A stretch of DNA of 64,000 nt from Ignavibacteriota bacterium (GTDB lineage: Bacteria > Bacteroidota > Ignavibacteria > UBA10030 > UBA6906), in contig CAWDEM010000008.1 in assembly GCA_963801355.1 (NCBI GenBank), positions 1,728,001 through 1,792,000 on the forward strand, read 5' to 3'. The notes below the pieces were generated by a model, which searched no databases, was not told the origin of the DNA, and saw only the letters and a list, made by a program, of their open reading frames with translations. The position numbers and the translations under genes were made by a program. Each line of letters opens with the position of its first letter. The stretch's first letter is position 1. Positions 19,788-28,349 of this stretch are shown piece by piece.

Positions 19788-19890
19788 TTACCACGACTCC
19801 TTGAAAAACGATGCGTCGGTGAAGTATGATTTCGCCAATTCTTCCAGCTTCTTCATTTCTTCGGGCGGGAGCGGCTCAAACTCCCTTTCA
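19788..19890 (-). pseudogene. 3' remnant of a lost gene, resembling an aldo/keto reductase C-terminus
   Basis: EREFEPLPPEEMKKLEELAKSYFTDASFFKESW* is protein-like, while the upstream frame is not. The family assignment is from recall only. Confidence 0.4.
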
Positions 19891-20257
19891 CATAACCCAC
19901 GTGTAAGGGAAAGTAGCGGATTTGGCGGGCATACGCAAGAAGAATGGCGTCCCGGCACACTACGCCGCACCCTACACCGATATTGTAACCCATACTGCAA
20001 CCCACCCTGTGACACCGCCGATTCCTTTTCCGGTTTTGTTATCGCCGGCACTCGCGTGCTGGCCATGGTTGGCGAACGAAACAGACCAGACTTTGACAAA
20101 TCGGTGACAATCTCCGGTTTGGCTGTTCGCATATTGGTGCCAACGCTGTCCACGGGGGCGATTGCGGCTGCGCCTTCCACGCGTCAGCGAGATCTGTTGC
20201 ATCGCAGCCAGACAATGAATAACTTCCGGCACCTTCTCTTCCATACAGGAGCCAGAC

Positions 20258-22141
20258 ATGAAAACGCTCAGGGCTCTTCTTCCAGCCGCCGTTGCAGGCA
20301 TTCTCGCCGCCTCGATGGCAGTCCTTCTCATTCCGGGTTGCAGCCTGATTGGACTCTTCATCGGCAGCGGGATCGATGTCGTGTCACAGGATTCCATCCC
20401 TGTCTACTCCTGGCGTATCGATTCAGTGTTGCGGACCCACAATGTCACCGTCCTTCTGAAGGACGGCAACACATATCCCGATATGAACGTCCAGGTGAGA
20501 ATAGACTCATTCCCGGCGTACAAGCAGCGATTCGATGCTTTCGTTGCGACGCACGATTTCCCGGCATCGTATCCAAAGGTTATGGACTCGGTCATTGTGA
20601 CGACTAGCTCCGGGACTACGCTCTCCGCTCAATTGCTAGCGTATGATTTCGGACGTCTCGTACTGAAGCGGGACACAGGGAGGCTTTTGAATCTCAGTTT
20701 TGGGGATCCCCACATAGTCACAATGGGTGACGGCAAGTTTGCGACGCTGGGCCTGCGAACCACTGTGCCCGAGAGCGGTGTCCCTCTCTTGAGCTCACTA
20801 GCGCTAGTTGACGCGGCGTCGGGCGTATGCATCCGCACGGTGTCTCCTTACGACATCCAGCGAATCGAACACAACGACACGTCGGATGCCGGAACGGCCG
20901 GGTTCTTGATAGGCCTCGTCGTCGATCTAACTGTGGTCGCCGTGGTGACCTCGAATACAGGTCCTAGCACACCTCCTCCCCCACCGCGCGGGCAGGGGTC
21001 TTGTCCTTTTGTCTACAGCTATGATGGAAAGTCCTACATCCTGGATTCCGAGACATTCAGCGGTGCAATCCTCAAGGGGCTTCAGCGCACCGACTGCGAC
21101 AGGCTCGAATATCTCGTCGATATAGACAATACAGTCAAACTTAAGATTGCCAACGATCTCTCTGAGACTCAGTACGTGGATAATCTGAAGGTTCTTGCGG
21201 TCGATCACCCGCTACACACCACAATCGTAGCACGATCGCCATTTGATTTCTACACGATTGCCGTTCCACATGGTCCGCGAAGCGCAGAGGACTTCCGCGG
21301 GAATGTGATTACCCGGCTTGTGGTGGCAGACGACACTCTCTCCTGGATCAGCAACCCGGCCGGCAGAAGCCCCGGTGATCCGAATTCGATCCGCGATGGT
21401 TTGACACTCCGGTTCGATCGGCCGCGGGGAGCCCGTCGTGCCAAAGTGGTGCTCGCGCTTCGGAACACGCCGTGGGCCCTGGAAATGGAAGCTCAGCTCC
21501 TCCGCTTGCAGGGATCCGATCTGGAGCGCTGGTACGATGCGATGAATTCAGATGCCGACATGCGCGATGGATTCATCGATGCGGTGAAACGTGAAGCGAT
21601 GCTGCATGTGCAGATGTGGGATGGTCGATCATGGAAGACACTCGACTTCGTCCCGTTCCCCGGTCCGTATGTGGAGAAATCCACCGTCGCAATCGCGGAT
21701 CTGCAAGGAACACCGGAGACCGAGTTGGGTATCCGTATTGAATCCACCGCAGGACTCTGGACAGTGAATTCCGTGCAGGTCGATTTCACACCGGATATTC
21801 CTGTACCGGTTTCAGAAGCCCTATGTGTCGGAGCCCGTGACAACCATGGCAATGATCTCAGGCAGTCGCTCTCTGGAATCGATGGAACATACTACGTGCT
21901 CAAGCAGGGGGACGAAGCAGAACTCGCATTTTCGCTTCCGGCCAAAAGAGCCGGAAGATCACGCTCGTTCTTCCTGCTCTCGAATGGCTACTATACCATG
22001 GACATCCCTTCTGCAGGAACCCCGCAACGTGAGCTGTTGGCGCGGCTTGGCTCCGAGCCGGGAGCTTTTGGCAAGTATACCACCGGCCTTTTCAATGCAT
22101 GGGCGCACAGGGCGACGAGGGAACCGGAGGATATCAAGTAG
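20258..22141 (+). CDS. Hypothetical lipoprotein with GSCPFVYSYDG domain
   Basis: AGGAG RBS, lipobox-like LIPGC, internal hydrophobic helix, PPPPP linker, then a long beta-rich domain. Confidence 0.8.
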   Translation: MKTLRALLPAAVAGILAASMAVLLIPGCSLIGLFIGSGIDVVSQDSIPVYSWRIDSVLRTHNVTVLLKDGNTYPDMNVQVRIDSFPAYKQRFDAFVATHDFPASYPKVMDSVIVTTSSGTTLSAQLLAYDFGRLVLKRDTGRLLNLSFGDPHIVTMGDGKFATLGLRTTVPESGVPLLSSLALVDAASGVCIRTVSPYDIQRIEHNDTSDAGTAGFLIGLVVDLTVVAVVTSNTGPSTPPPPPRGQGSCPFVYSYDGKSYILDSETFSGAILKGLQRTDCDRLEYLVDIDNTVKLKIANDLSETQYVDNLKVLAVDHPLHTTIVARSPFDFYTIAVPHGPRSAEDFRGNVITRLVVADDTLSWISNPAGRSPGDPNSIRDGLTLRFDRPRGARRAKVVLALRNTPWALEMEAQLLRLQGSDLERWYDAMNSDADMRDGFIDAVKREAMLHVQMWDGRSWKTLDFVPFPGPYVEKSTVAIADLQGTPETELGIRIESTAGLWTVNSVQVDFTPDIPVPVSEALCVGARDNHGNDLRQSLSGIDGTYYVLKQGDEAELAFSLPAKRAGRSRSFFLLSNGYYTMDIPSAGTPQRELLARLGSEPGAFGKYTTGLFNAWAHRATREPEDIK

Positions 22142-22162
22142 AACCCACGACAGGGTGCCTCG

Positions 22163-23536
22163 ATGATACGTGCGTTTTCTGTCCCCACGGTGAACGAAGA
22201 CTGCGCTCTCCCTACTCAAAGACCCGGGACGCCGCCAGCCCTGTCGTTCCCGAGCGGCTGGCAACTTGTGCCGGTTACACTCCGCTATGTAGCCGCAATG
22301 CTGGAATATGCCCTCCGGCGCAGCGGATATCCTCACTTCCGCTTGCGGTCACTTCTCACGCTGAAGCGAAAGAAACTCATTGCCATACGGCGCATTGCCC
22401 GGTTGGGCAGTCACTACTACGGGACAACGATGCGGATCCCGCGATGGCCTTCCCGTGCCTTCGACAGGATGGTTGCCAACGGCGGACTCAACATCGAGGC
22501 GGACATTATTTCTGAGAAGCATCAGATCGATTCAGCGATCCTGTCGATCACACGCAAATGCTCCTACGCATGCGAACATTGCTCCGATTCAGTCAATCGT
22601 CATGCCGACGATATAGTCCCCGTGCAACGCTGGATCCAGACGGTGGGCGAGCTCCAGGCAGTTGGCACGAGCGTTATCATCCTCTCCGGCGGTGAGCCAA
22701 TGCTCCGTTATCCGGCTTTGCTCGAGATTCTGGGCAGCGCAGACCTGAATCTTTCGGATTTCCATTTGCACACTTCAGGCGCGGGTGTGACTCCTGCGCG
22801 CGCCAAGGAACTGGCCGGAAAGGGGTTGGTCGCCGCGGGCATCGGCCTTGACTACCCGGATGCCGCGCGGCAGGATCAATTCCGCGGCGTTCAGGGCGCT
22901 TTTGCCGCCGCAGTAGAGGCACTCCGACTTTTCGCAAGTGCCGGCGTGTTCACGTACACAAACCTGTGCCTGCAAAAAGACCTCATCGCCGGCAATGGAC
23001 TGTATGCATATCTCGACCTGGCAAAAATGCTGAATGTGGGCAGCGTGCAGCTGCTTGAACCCAAGCCGTGTGGTAAGTATGCCACCCACCCGGCTGACGG
23101 GCTTTTCTCCGACGCAGACCGGACTGAAGTCATGAAGTTCTTCATCGATGCGAATCAATCGAAGCAATTCAAAGACTATCCACCCGTCGCCTACACAGCC
23201 TACTACGAGAGGCCGGAGAACTTTGGGTGTCTGATGGGTGGACTCTCCCATCTTGCAATTGACGGAAACGGTAATGTGAATCCCTGCACCTTCGTTCCTG
23301 TATCGTTTGGCAACATCATGAACGAGGGATTTGCCGAGGTGTATCGACGCATGCGCGGTGTAATCTCACGACCGCACTACGGTACGTGCGCCTCCGTCTG
23401 TCTGAGCCCGGCCCTTGCCCGCTACAGGTTGCAGAGGGGAGCTCAAACGGTGCACTATAGTCAGTTCAGGAAGGAATGGCAGGCGGTGTTCTCTCCATCA
23501 TTCACTGAGACCCATAATGCCTCAAAAAGTGCCTGA
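22163..23536 (+). CDS. Radical SAM protein with SPASM/twitch-like C-terminus
   Basis: CSYACEHC, SGGEP, GCLMGG...IDGNGNVNPCTF...GNI. Start codon uncertain. Confidence 0.9.
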   Translation: MIRAFSVPTVNEDCALPTQRPGTPPALSFPSGWQLVPVTLRYVAAMLEYALRRSGYPHFRLRSLLTLKRKKLIAIRRIARLGSHYYGTTMRIPRWPSRAFDRMVANGGLNIEADIISEKHQIDSAILSITRKCSYACEHCSDSVNRHADDIVPVQRWIQTVGELQAVGTSVIILSGGEPMLRYPALLEILGSADLNLSDFHLHTSGAGVTPARAKELAGKGLVAAGIGLDYPDAARQDQFRGVQGAFAAAVEALRLFASAGVFTYTNLCLQKDLIAGNGLYAYLDLAKMLNVGSVQLLEPKPCGKYATHPADGLFSDADRTEVMKFFIDANQSKQFKDYPPVAYTAYYERPENFGCLMGGLSHLAIDGNGNVNPCTFVPVSFGNIMNEGFAEVYRRMRGVISRPHYGTCASVCLSPALARYRLQRGAQTVHYSQFRKEWQAVFSPSFTETHNASKSA

Positions 23537-24755
23537 GGTAGTGGCCGAACTCTCCGTCGACGTCAACCGGCTGTTCCGGATGCCGTGGAAAACAAGCGAC
23601 AACGCGATGTCGTGGCTCGAGCCGACGCGCAAGTGCAATATCACCTGCGATGCCTGCTTTGCGATCAATGATCCTCTGAGCCAAAAAACTCTTGCGAAGA
23701 TCGAACACGAACTTGATACGCTGTTGAGGCTTCGCCGGACCGATGCCGTTCTCATCGCCGGCGGCGAACCCCTCACCCATCCCGACATCGTCGAGGTCGT
23801 CACGATGGTGAAGCGGAGGAAGGTCAAGGCGCAGCTGGTGACGAACGGCGTCGGGCTCGACGCACACCTCCTGCACAGACTCCACACCGCCGGTCTGTAT
23901 GGGATCACGTTTCATGTCGACAGCCATCAGGCTCGCCCCGGCTGGAAGGGAAAGAACGAACGGGAGCTCAATGTCCTCCGGCAACAGTTCGCCGACCTGG
24001 TGCGCACTGAGGGTAGGCTGGTATGTGCGTTCAATACCACGGTGTTCCCCGACACGCTGCACTTTCTCCCCGATATCGTTGAGTGGACAACCCGCAACAT
24101 CCGCGACGTAAGCGTCATGACACTCATTGCTGCAAGGATGCTCAGCCCCGACCTGCCATTCGAATTCTTCGCAGGTGGACGGAAGGTCGACCTCAAGGCA
24201 ATGGGTTTTTTCTCTGAGGTCCATCACGCAAACCTGACGACCATCGACATGTACCGGGAAGTGAAACGAGCGCTCCCTGATTATGAATTTGCCGCTTACG
24301 TTGGGGGGACTGCGATCCCCACATCGCTCAAGTGGGGAATCGCGTGCCGCGTGGGCAGCGGTAGACATTCATACGGAAATATGGGCCCGAGGTCTATGGA
24401 AATCCTCCAGAATGCCTATCACCTCTGGAACGGGTGCTATCTCTCGTATGCGCGGCCGGGATTGAGCCGTCAGGGTAAAGCGCTCCTGTTGTTTGGCCTG
24501 TTCGACCCCGAGGTGAGAAAGACTGCAAAGCATTACCTCCGTGCAATCGTCAGAAACCCGCTGCGGCTGTTCGAGCGGCTCTCAGTGCAGACCATCAGCT
24601 TGCTTCAACCCCTGGATATCCTGCCCAACGGAGAACAGGACAATTGCGATGGATGTCCGAACGGGACCGTCTGGCAGGACCGCATTGTCCCGGCCTGCCA
24701 GTTGGACAATTTCAAGAAGTTCGGCGGTCCGGTAACAATGGTTCCCCGTAGATAA
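23517..24755 (+). CDS. Radical SAM protein with C-terminal Cys motif
   Basis: CNITCDAC, AGGEPLTHP, VTNG, FHVDSHQ, C-terminal CDGCP...RIVPAC. Overlaps the previous gene by 20 nt. Confidence 0.9.
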   Translation: MPQKVPEVVAELSVDVNRLFRMPWKTSDNAMSWLEPTRKCNITCDACFAINDPLSQKTLAKIEHELDTLLRLRRTDAVLIAGGEPLTHPDIVEVVTMVKRRKVKAQLVTNGVGLDAHLLHRLHTAGLYGITFHVDSHQARPGWKGKNERELNVLRQQFADLVRTEGRLVCAFNTTVFPDTLHFLPDIVEWTTRNIRDVSVMTLIAARMLSPDLPFEFFAGGRKVDLKAMGFFSEVHHANLTTIDMYREVKRALPDYEFAAYVGGTAIPTSLKWGIACRVGSGRHSYGNMGPRSMEILQNAYHLWNGCYLSYARPGLSRQGKALLLFGLFDPEVRKTAKHYLRAIVRNPLRLFERLSVQTISLLQPLDILPNGEQDNCDGCPNGTVWQDRIVPACQLDNFKKFGGPVTMVPRR

Positions 24756-24762
24756 TCCTCCG

Positions 24763-26343
24763 ATGAATACCCGGGCTCCCTTTCACAGGATACTTCTCAC
24801 CACGATCCACCAGCCGCTCGGCATCGAGTCTCACAACTCTACCCGTAACATGCAGGCCGAAATGTACAACGCCCAGGTAACGCTCAGTCAGGGTGCATTC
24901 AGCATTCGGGCGGTATGTACTGGATGGGGACTGGAGTTCATTGCTGCCAATCTCAAAACCTCCACGACAGTGCTCCACTATCCCACCCTCCGGCGCCTCA
25001 AGAGCGAGTTGCACAAAGGGTATGACTTCATCGGGATCAGCTTTGCGATTTGTACGTATCCAAAGGCTGTGGAAATCTGCAGGCTTGTCCGCGACTGTGC
25101 CCCGCACACCAAAATCGTACTGGGCGGGTACGGAACGGTGCTGACGGAATGTGACCAGCATGCTGATTATGTCTGCCGCGAGGAGGGGGTGATTTTTTTC
25201 AGACGTCTTCTCGGTGAATCAGAGAACGACAAATTCACGCTGCCCGTCATCATCCGGAAGCTCAAGGTGTTATCGGTTTCCACCGGTCCCGAACTGATCG
25301 TGCCCACCGGCCTGGGGTGCTCCAGGGGGTGCGATTTCTGCTGCACCAGCCACTTTTTCAACAGGCGCTATTATCCGCTCGTCAGGAGCGGAAAGGAGAT
25401 ACATGATTTCATCTGTTCCGTGGATGTGGGCAAAAGCACCTACCGGGATGTCGGAATCATCGACGAGGACTTTCTTCTTGATCACTCCCGGGGTAGAGAA
25501 CTGGCGGAATGGAACTCCCGGGAATTGGAAAAACCCATTCTCTTTTCATGCTTGACTTCGCTTAAGAGTATCTCCCAGTATTCGACAACCGAACTGCTCT
25601 CCATGGGACTCGCGGGCGTATGGGTGGGGATTGAATCCAAGCAGGCAACCTACGGCAAACTGAAAGATGTCGACGTTGCGCGGACGGTGACCGACTTGAA
25701 GGCCAACGGTATAAGCGTGCTGGCATCTATGATCCTCGGTTACGATTGGCACGATACAAGCTCGATTGAGGATGACTTCCAGTACCTTCTCTCCCTCAAA
25801 CCGACTCTCAGCCAGCTGATGCTCTATAGTCCGTGTCCCCAGACTCCTCTTTACGAACGTATGCGCAGGGCAGGACGCATGCTGGAAGTCCCCTATCAAT
25901 ACTATGACGGATTCCATCTCCTCTTCACACACCCCCACTTCTCTTCCGGGGAGCTGGAGAGGCTTATCATGCAATTATTCGAGCGTGAATATGAGGAACT
26001 GGGTCCGTGCATTTTCCGCGTACTCGAAGTGCACCTGAACGGATTCGAGCAGTTGAGGAACGGCGAGAGAGTTTTGTTCCGGAGGCGGGCACGTGAACAC
26101 CAGCGGATGGCATTGGAGATCTATCCTCTTCTCCGCATGGGAATCAGCAAGGCGCCGTCGGGTCATGTGAAAGACTACCTGACAAGCTTGCGGGAACGGA
26201 TGGAGTCGCTTATGCGAATTCCCATATCTGCCCGGTATCTGCAGCTTGCCGTACCCTTTCTGTATCACTACACCGATTGGCATCAGAAACGCCCATACGC
26301 TCAACCGCGAGAGATCATCCACCGCTATCGTCAATCGGCGTGA
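24763..26343 (+). CDS. Cobalamin (B12)-binding radical SAM protein
   Basis: YDFIGISF...KIVLGGYG B12-domain pattern, GCSRGCDFC, IIDEDF, VGIES, SPCPQTPLY. Confidence 0.9.
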   Translation: MNTRAPFHRILLTTIHQPLGIESHNSTRNMQAEMYNAQVTLSQGAFSIRAVCTGWGLEFIAANLKTSTTVLHYPTLRRLKSELHKGYDFIGISFAICTYPKAVEICRLVRDCAPHTKIVLGGYGTVLTECDQHADYVCREEGVIFFRRLLGESENDKFTLPVIIRKLKVLSVSTGPELIVPTGLGCSRGCDFCCTSHFFNRRYYPLVRSGKEIHDFICSVDVGKSTYRDVGIIDEDFLLDHSRGRELAEWNSRELEKPILFSCLTSLKSISQYSTTELLSMGLAGVWVGIESKQATYGKLKDVDVARTVTDLKANGISVLASMILGYDWHDTSSIEDDFQYLLSLKPTLSQLMLYSPCPQTPLYERMRRAGRMLEVPYQYYDGFHLLFTHPHFSSGELERLIMQLFEREYEELGPCIFRVLEVHLNGFEQLRNGERVLFRRRAREHQRMALEIYPLLRMGISKAPSGHVKDYLTSLRERMESLMRIPISARYLQLAVPFLYHYTDWHQKRPYAQPREIIHRYRQSA

Positions 26344-26376
26344 ACAGATGCGAAAGCCCGGGGTCTGAAGGGTGCC

Positions 26377-27501
26377 ATGTCATTGATCATAAGAACAGTG
26401 CAGTCGCAGAGGGAGATGAAGCGCTTCATCCGGCTTCCGGGGATCATTCATGCTCATCATGCAGGGTGGGTGCCGCCGATCTATTCCGACGACAAAAGGA
26501 CATTCGATCCCCGCCGCAATCTGGCCCATGGTTATTGCAGCAGCATCTATGTTCTTGCCTATGAGGATGGCACGGTGGTAGGCAGAGCCGCCGGCATCAT
26601 CAACTGGCGCTACAACAGCTTCCGGGACTCACGCACTGCACGATTCGGCTACCTGGAATCCCCCCAGAGAGATGACGTAACCGCTGCATTGCTGCATCGC
26701 ATCGAAGCATGGGCGCGTGCGGAGGGCATGACAAGAATCGTCGGCCCGATGGGTTTCACCGAAGAGGATCCCGAAGGTTTCATGATTGAAGGTTTCGATC
26801 AGCTGCCCAACCTCTCGACGTATCACAACTTCCCATCGCTCCCGGAATCGCTTGAACATCTCGGCTACTCCAAAGAGGTGGACTATGTTGTGTACCAGGT
26901 GCCTCTGGCGACGGCACTGTCCGATACGTACCGGCAGATATACGAGCGGGTCCGCAGGAAAGTGGAGTTCACCGTGGTGGAATTCACGCGTCGCCGGGAG
27001 ATTGAACCCTACATTCGCCCCATCTTCCGGCTTATGAATGAATGTTTCGTCCCTATCTATGGATACTCACCCCTTGACGAACAGGAGATGGATCTGCTTG
27101 CCCGGCGATACATGCCGGTGGTGGACCCACGGTTCATAAAACTCGTCACAAATGCCCAGAGAGAATTGGTCGGCTTCATCATCGGAATCCCCAGCATTGC
27201 GGATGGCATCCGTCGCGCAAAGGGGTGGTTGTTGCCGTTCGGCATCTTCAAGATCCTGAGGGCACGGCGCCGGGCACACAAATTGGATCTCTACCTCGGC
27301 GGCATCAAAGGATCCTGTCGTGATCGAGGTGTCGACATCCTGCTCGGCTGTAGCATAATCGAGTCGGCCACAAAGGCGGGATTCGATTTCATGGATAGCC
27401 ACCACGAACTGGAGCTGAATGTGAAAATGCGTTCCGAGATGGAACGGATCGGCGGACGCATATACAAGCGCTACAGAATATTTCAGAAGGGCCTGGGATG
27501 A
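26377..27501 (+). CDS. YghO-like GNAT acyltransferase, bacterial ceramide synthase (bCerS)-like
   Basis: FIRLP...WVPPI...DPRRN, VVGRAAGIIN, RFGYLE, EAWARAEGM..IVGPMGF, GFMIEGFD, YKRYRIF. Confidence 0.8.
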   Translation: MSLIIRTVQSQREMKRFIRLPGIIHAHHAGWVPPIYSDDKRTFDPRRNLAHGYCSSIYVLAYEDGTVVGRAAGIINWRYNSFRDSRTARFGYLESPQRDDVTAALLHRIEAWARAEGMTRIVGPMGFTEEDPEGFMIEGFDQLPNLSTYHNFPSLPESLEHLGYSKEVDYVVYQVPLATALSDTYRQIYERVRRKVEFTVVEFTRRREIEPYIRPIFRLMNECFVPIYGYSPLDEQEMDLLARRYMPVVDPRFIKLVTNAQRELVGFIIGIPSIADGIRRAKGWLLPFGIFKILRARRRAHKLDLYLGGIKGSCRDRGVDILLGCSIIESATKAGFDFMDSHHELELNVKMRSEMERIGGRIYKRYRIFQKGLG

Positions 27502-28244
27502 CCGGAGAGAAACAGAGGTCGCGGTACCTGACAATCACGCTTTCGTTCTACGTGATATGGACTGCTCTGTTCATTGCTGAAGGATTCTACGTCGTCACCT
27601 TGCCGACAACTGATTTGTCGTCCTGGTTCGACAGGCATCTGCCGGTGGTGCCGGAATTTGTCTGGATCTACGTTCTCTGCTACGTGTTTCCGTTCACTAC
27701 CCTATTCGTAGTGTCCGATTGGCACCGTTTCAATATCGCCCTCCTGAGCATCACGATGTGCACATGTGTGGCTTATGTGTTTCACATCGCCATTCCCGTG
27801 GCATTCCCCCGCCCCACCCTGGGATCATCGCTATCGTCTCAAATGCTGGCATTCATTTATGACAACGACTTCAAACCGGGTGCGCAGAATTTCCCAAGCC
27901 TGCATGTTGCAATCGCACTAATCATTTACTTCACATGCCGGCAACAGGGCTTAGGTAAAACCGCGGAGTGGGCGATTCTCGCAATAGCATTGCTGATCGT
28001 CCTTTCCACTGTATTGATAAAGCAACATCTGGTCATTGACCTTGTCGGAGGAGTGGCCCTGGCGGTAGTCGTCTGGGGAGTCCTATCACGAGTCTATTGG
28101 CGTGCTGTTTTCGCGGAGGAAGAACCCCTCCATGCTTTGGCAACAATGACGAGGAGACTGGCCCCTCTGTATCTCTTTTCTGCAGGGTGTGTGATTGCGA
28201 CGGGAATAGCCCGGGCAATGATTACCGGTTCGCCCGGAAAGTGA
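27498..28244 (+). CDS. PAP2 superfamily membrane protein (Aur1/IPC-synthase-like)
   Basis: Multi-TM, FDRHLP, PVAFPRP, NFPSLHVA, STVLIKQHLVID. ATGA overlap with the GNAT gene. Confidence 0.85.
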   Translation: MTGEKQRSRYLTITLSFYVIWTALFIAEGFYVVTLPTTDLSSWFDRHLPVVPEFVWIYVLCYVFPFTTLFVVSDWHRFNIALLSITMCTCVAYVFHIAIPVAFPRPTLGSSLSSQMLAFIYDNDFKPGAQNFPSLHVAIALIIYFTCRQQGLGKTAEWAILAIALLIVLSTVLIKQHLVIDLVGGVALAVVVWGVLSRVYWRAVFAEEEPLHALATMTRRLAPLYLFSAGCVIATGIARAMITGSPGK

Positions 28245-28349
28245 ATTCCTCCCCTTTCGGGCCGAATTGCCGTTGTAACTCCATTCTTGCTTTCATCGTA
28301 TGTATATAATCTGTATCATATCTGACATTCCCAGAGGAGGCCATTCTTC

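Noticed and set aside
19741-20607. 288-aa ORF containing YCNPYCNPPC as a RiPP precursor for the SPASM enzyme
   Set aside because: No RBS or short dedicated ORF; it overlaps the lipoprotein gene and the motif is a by-product of a 12-bp DNA repeat.
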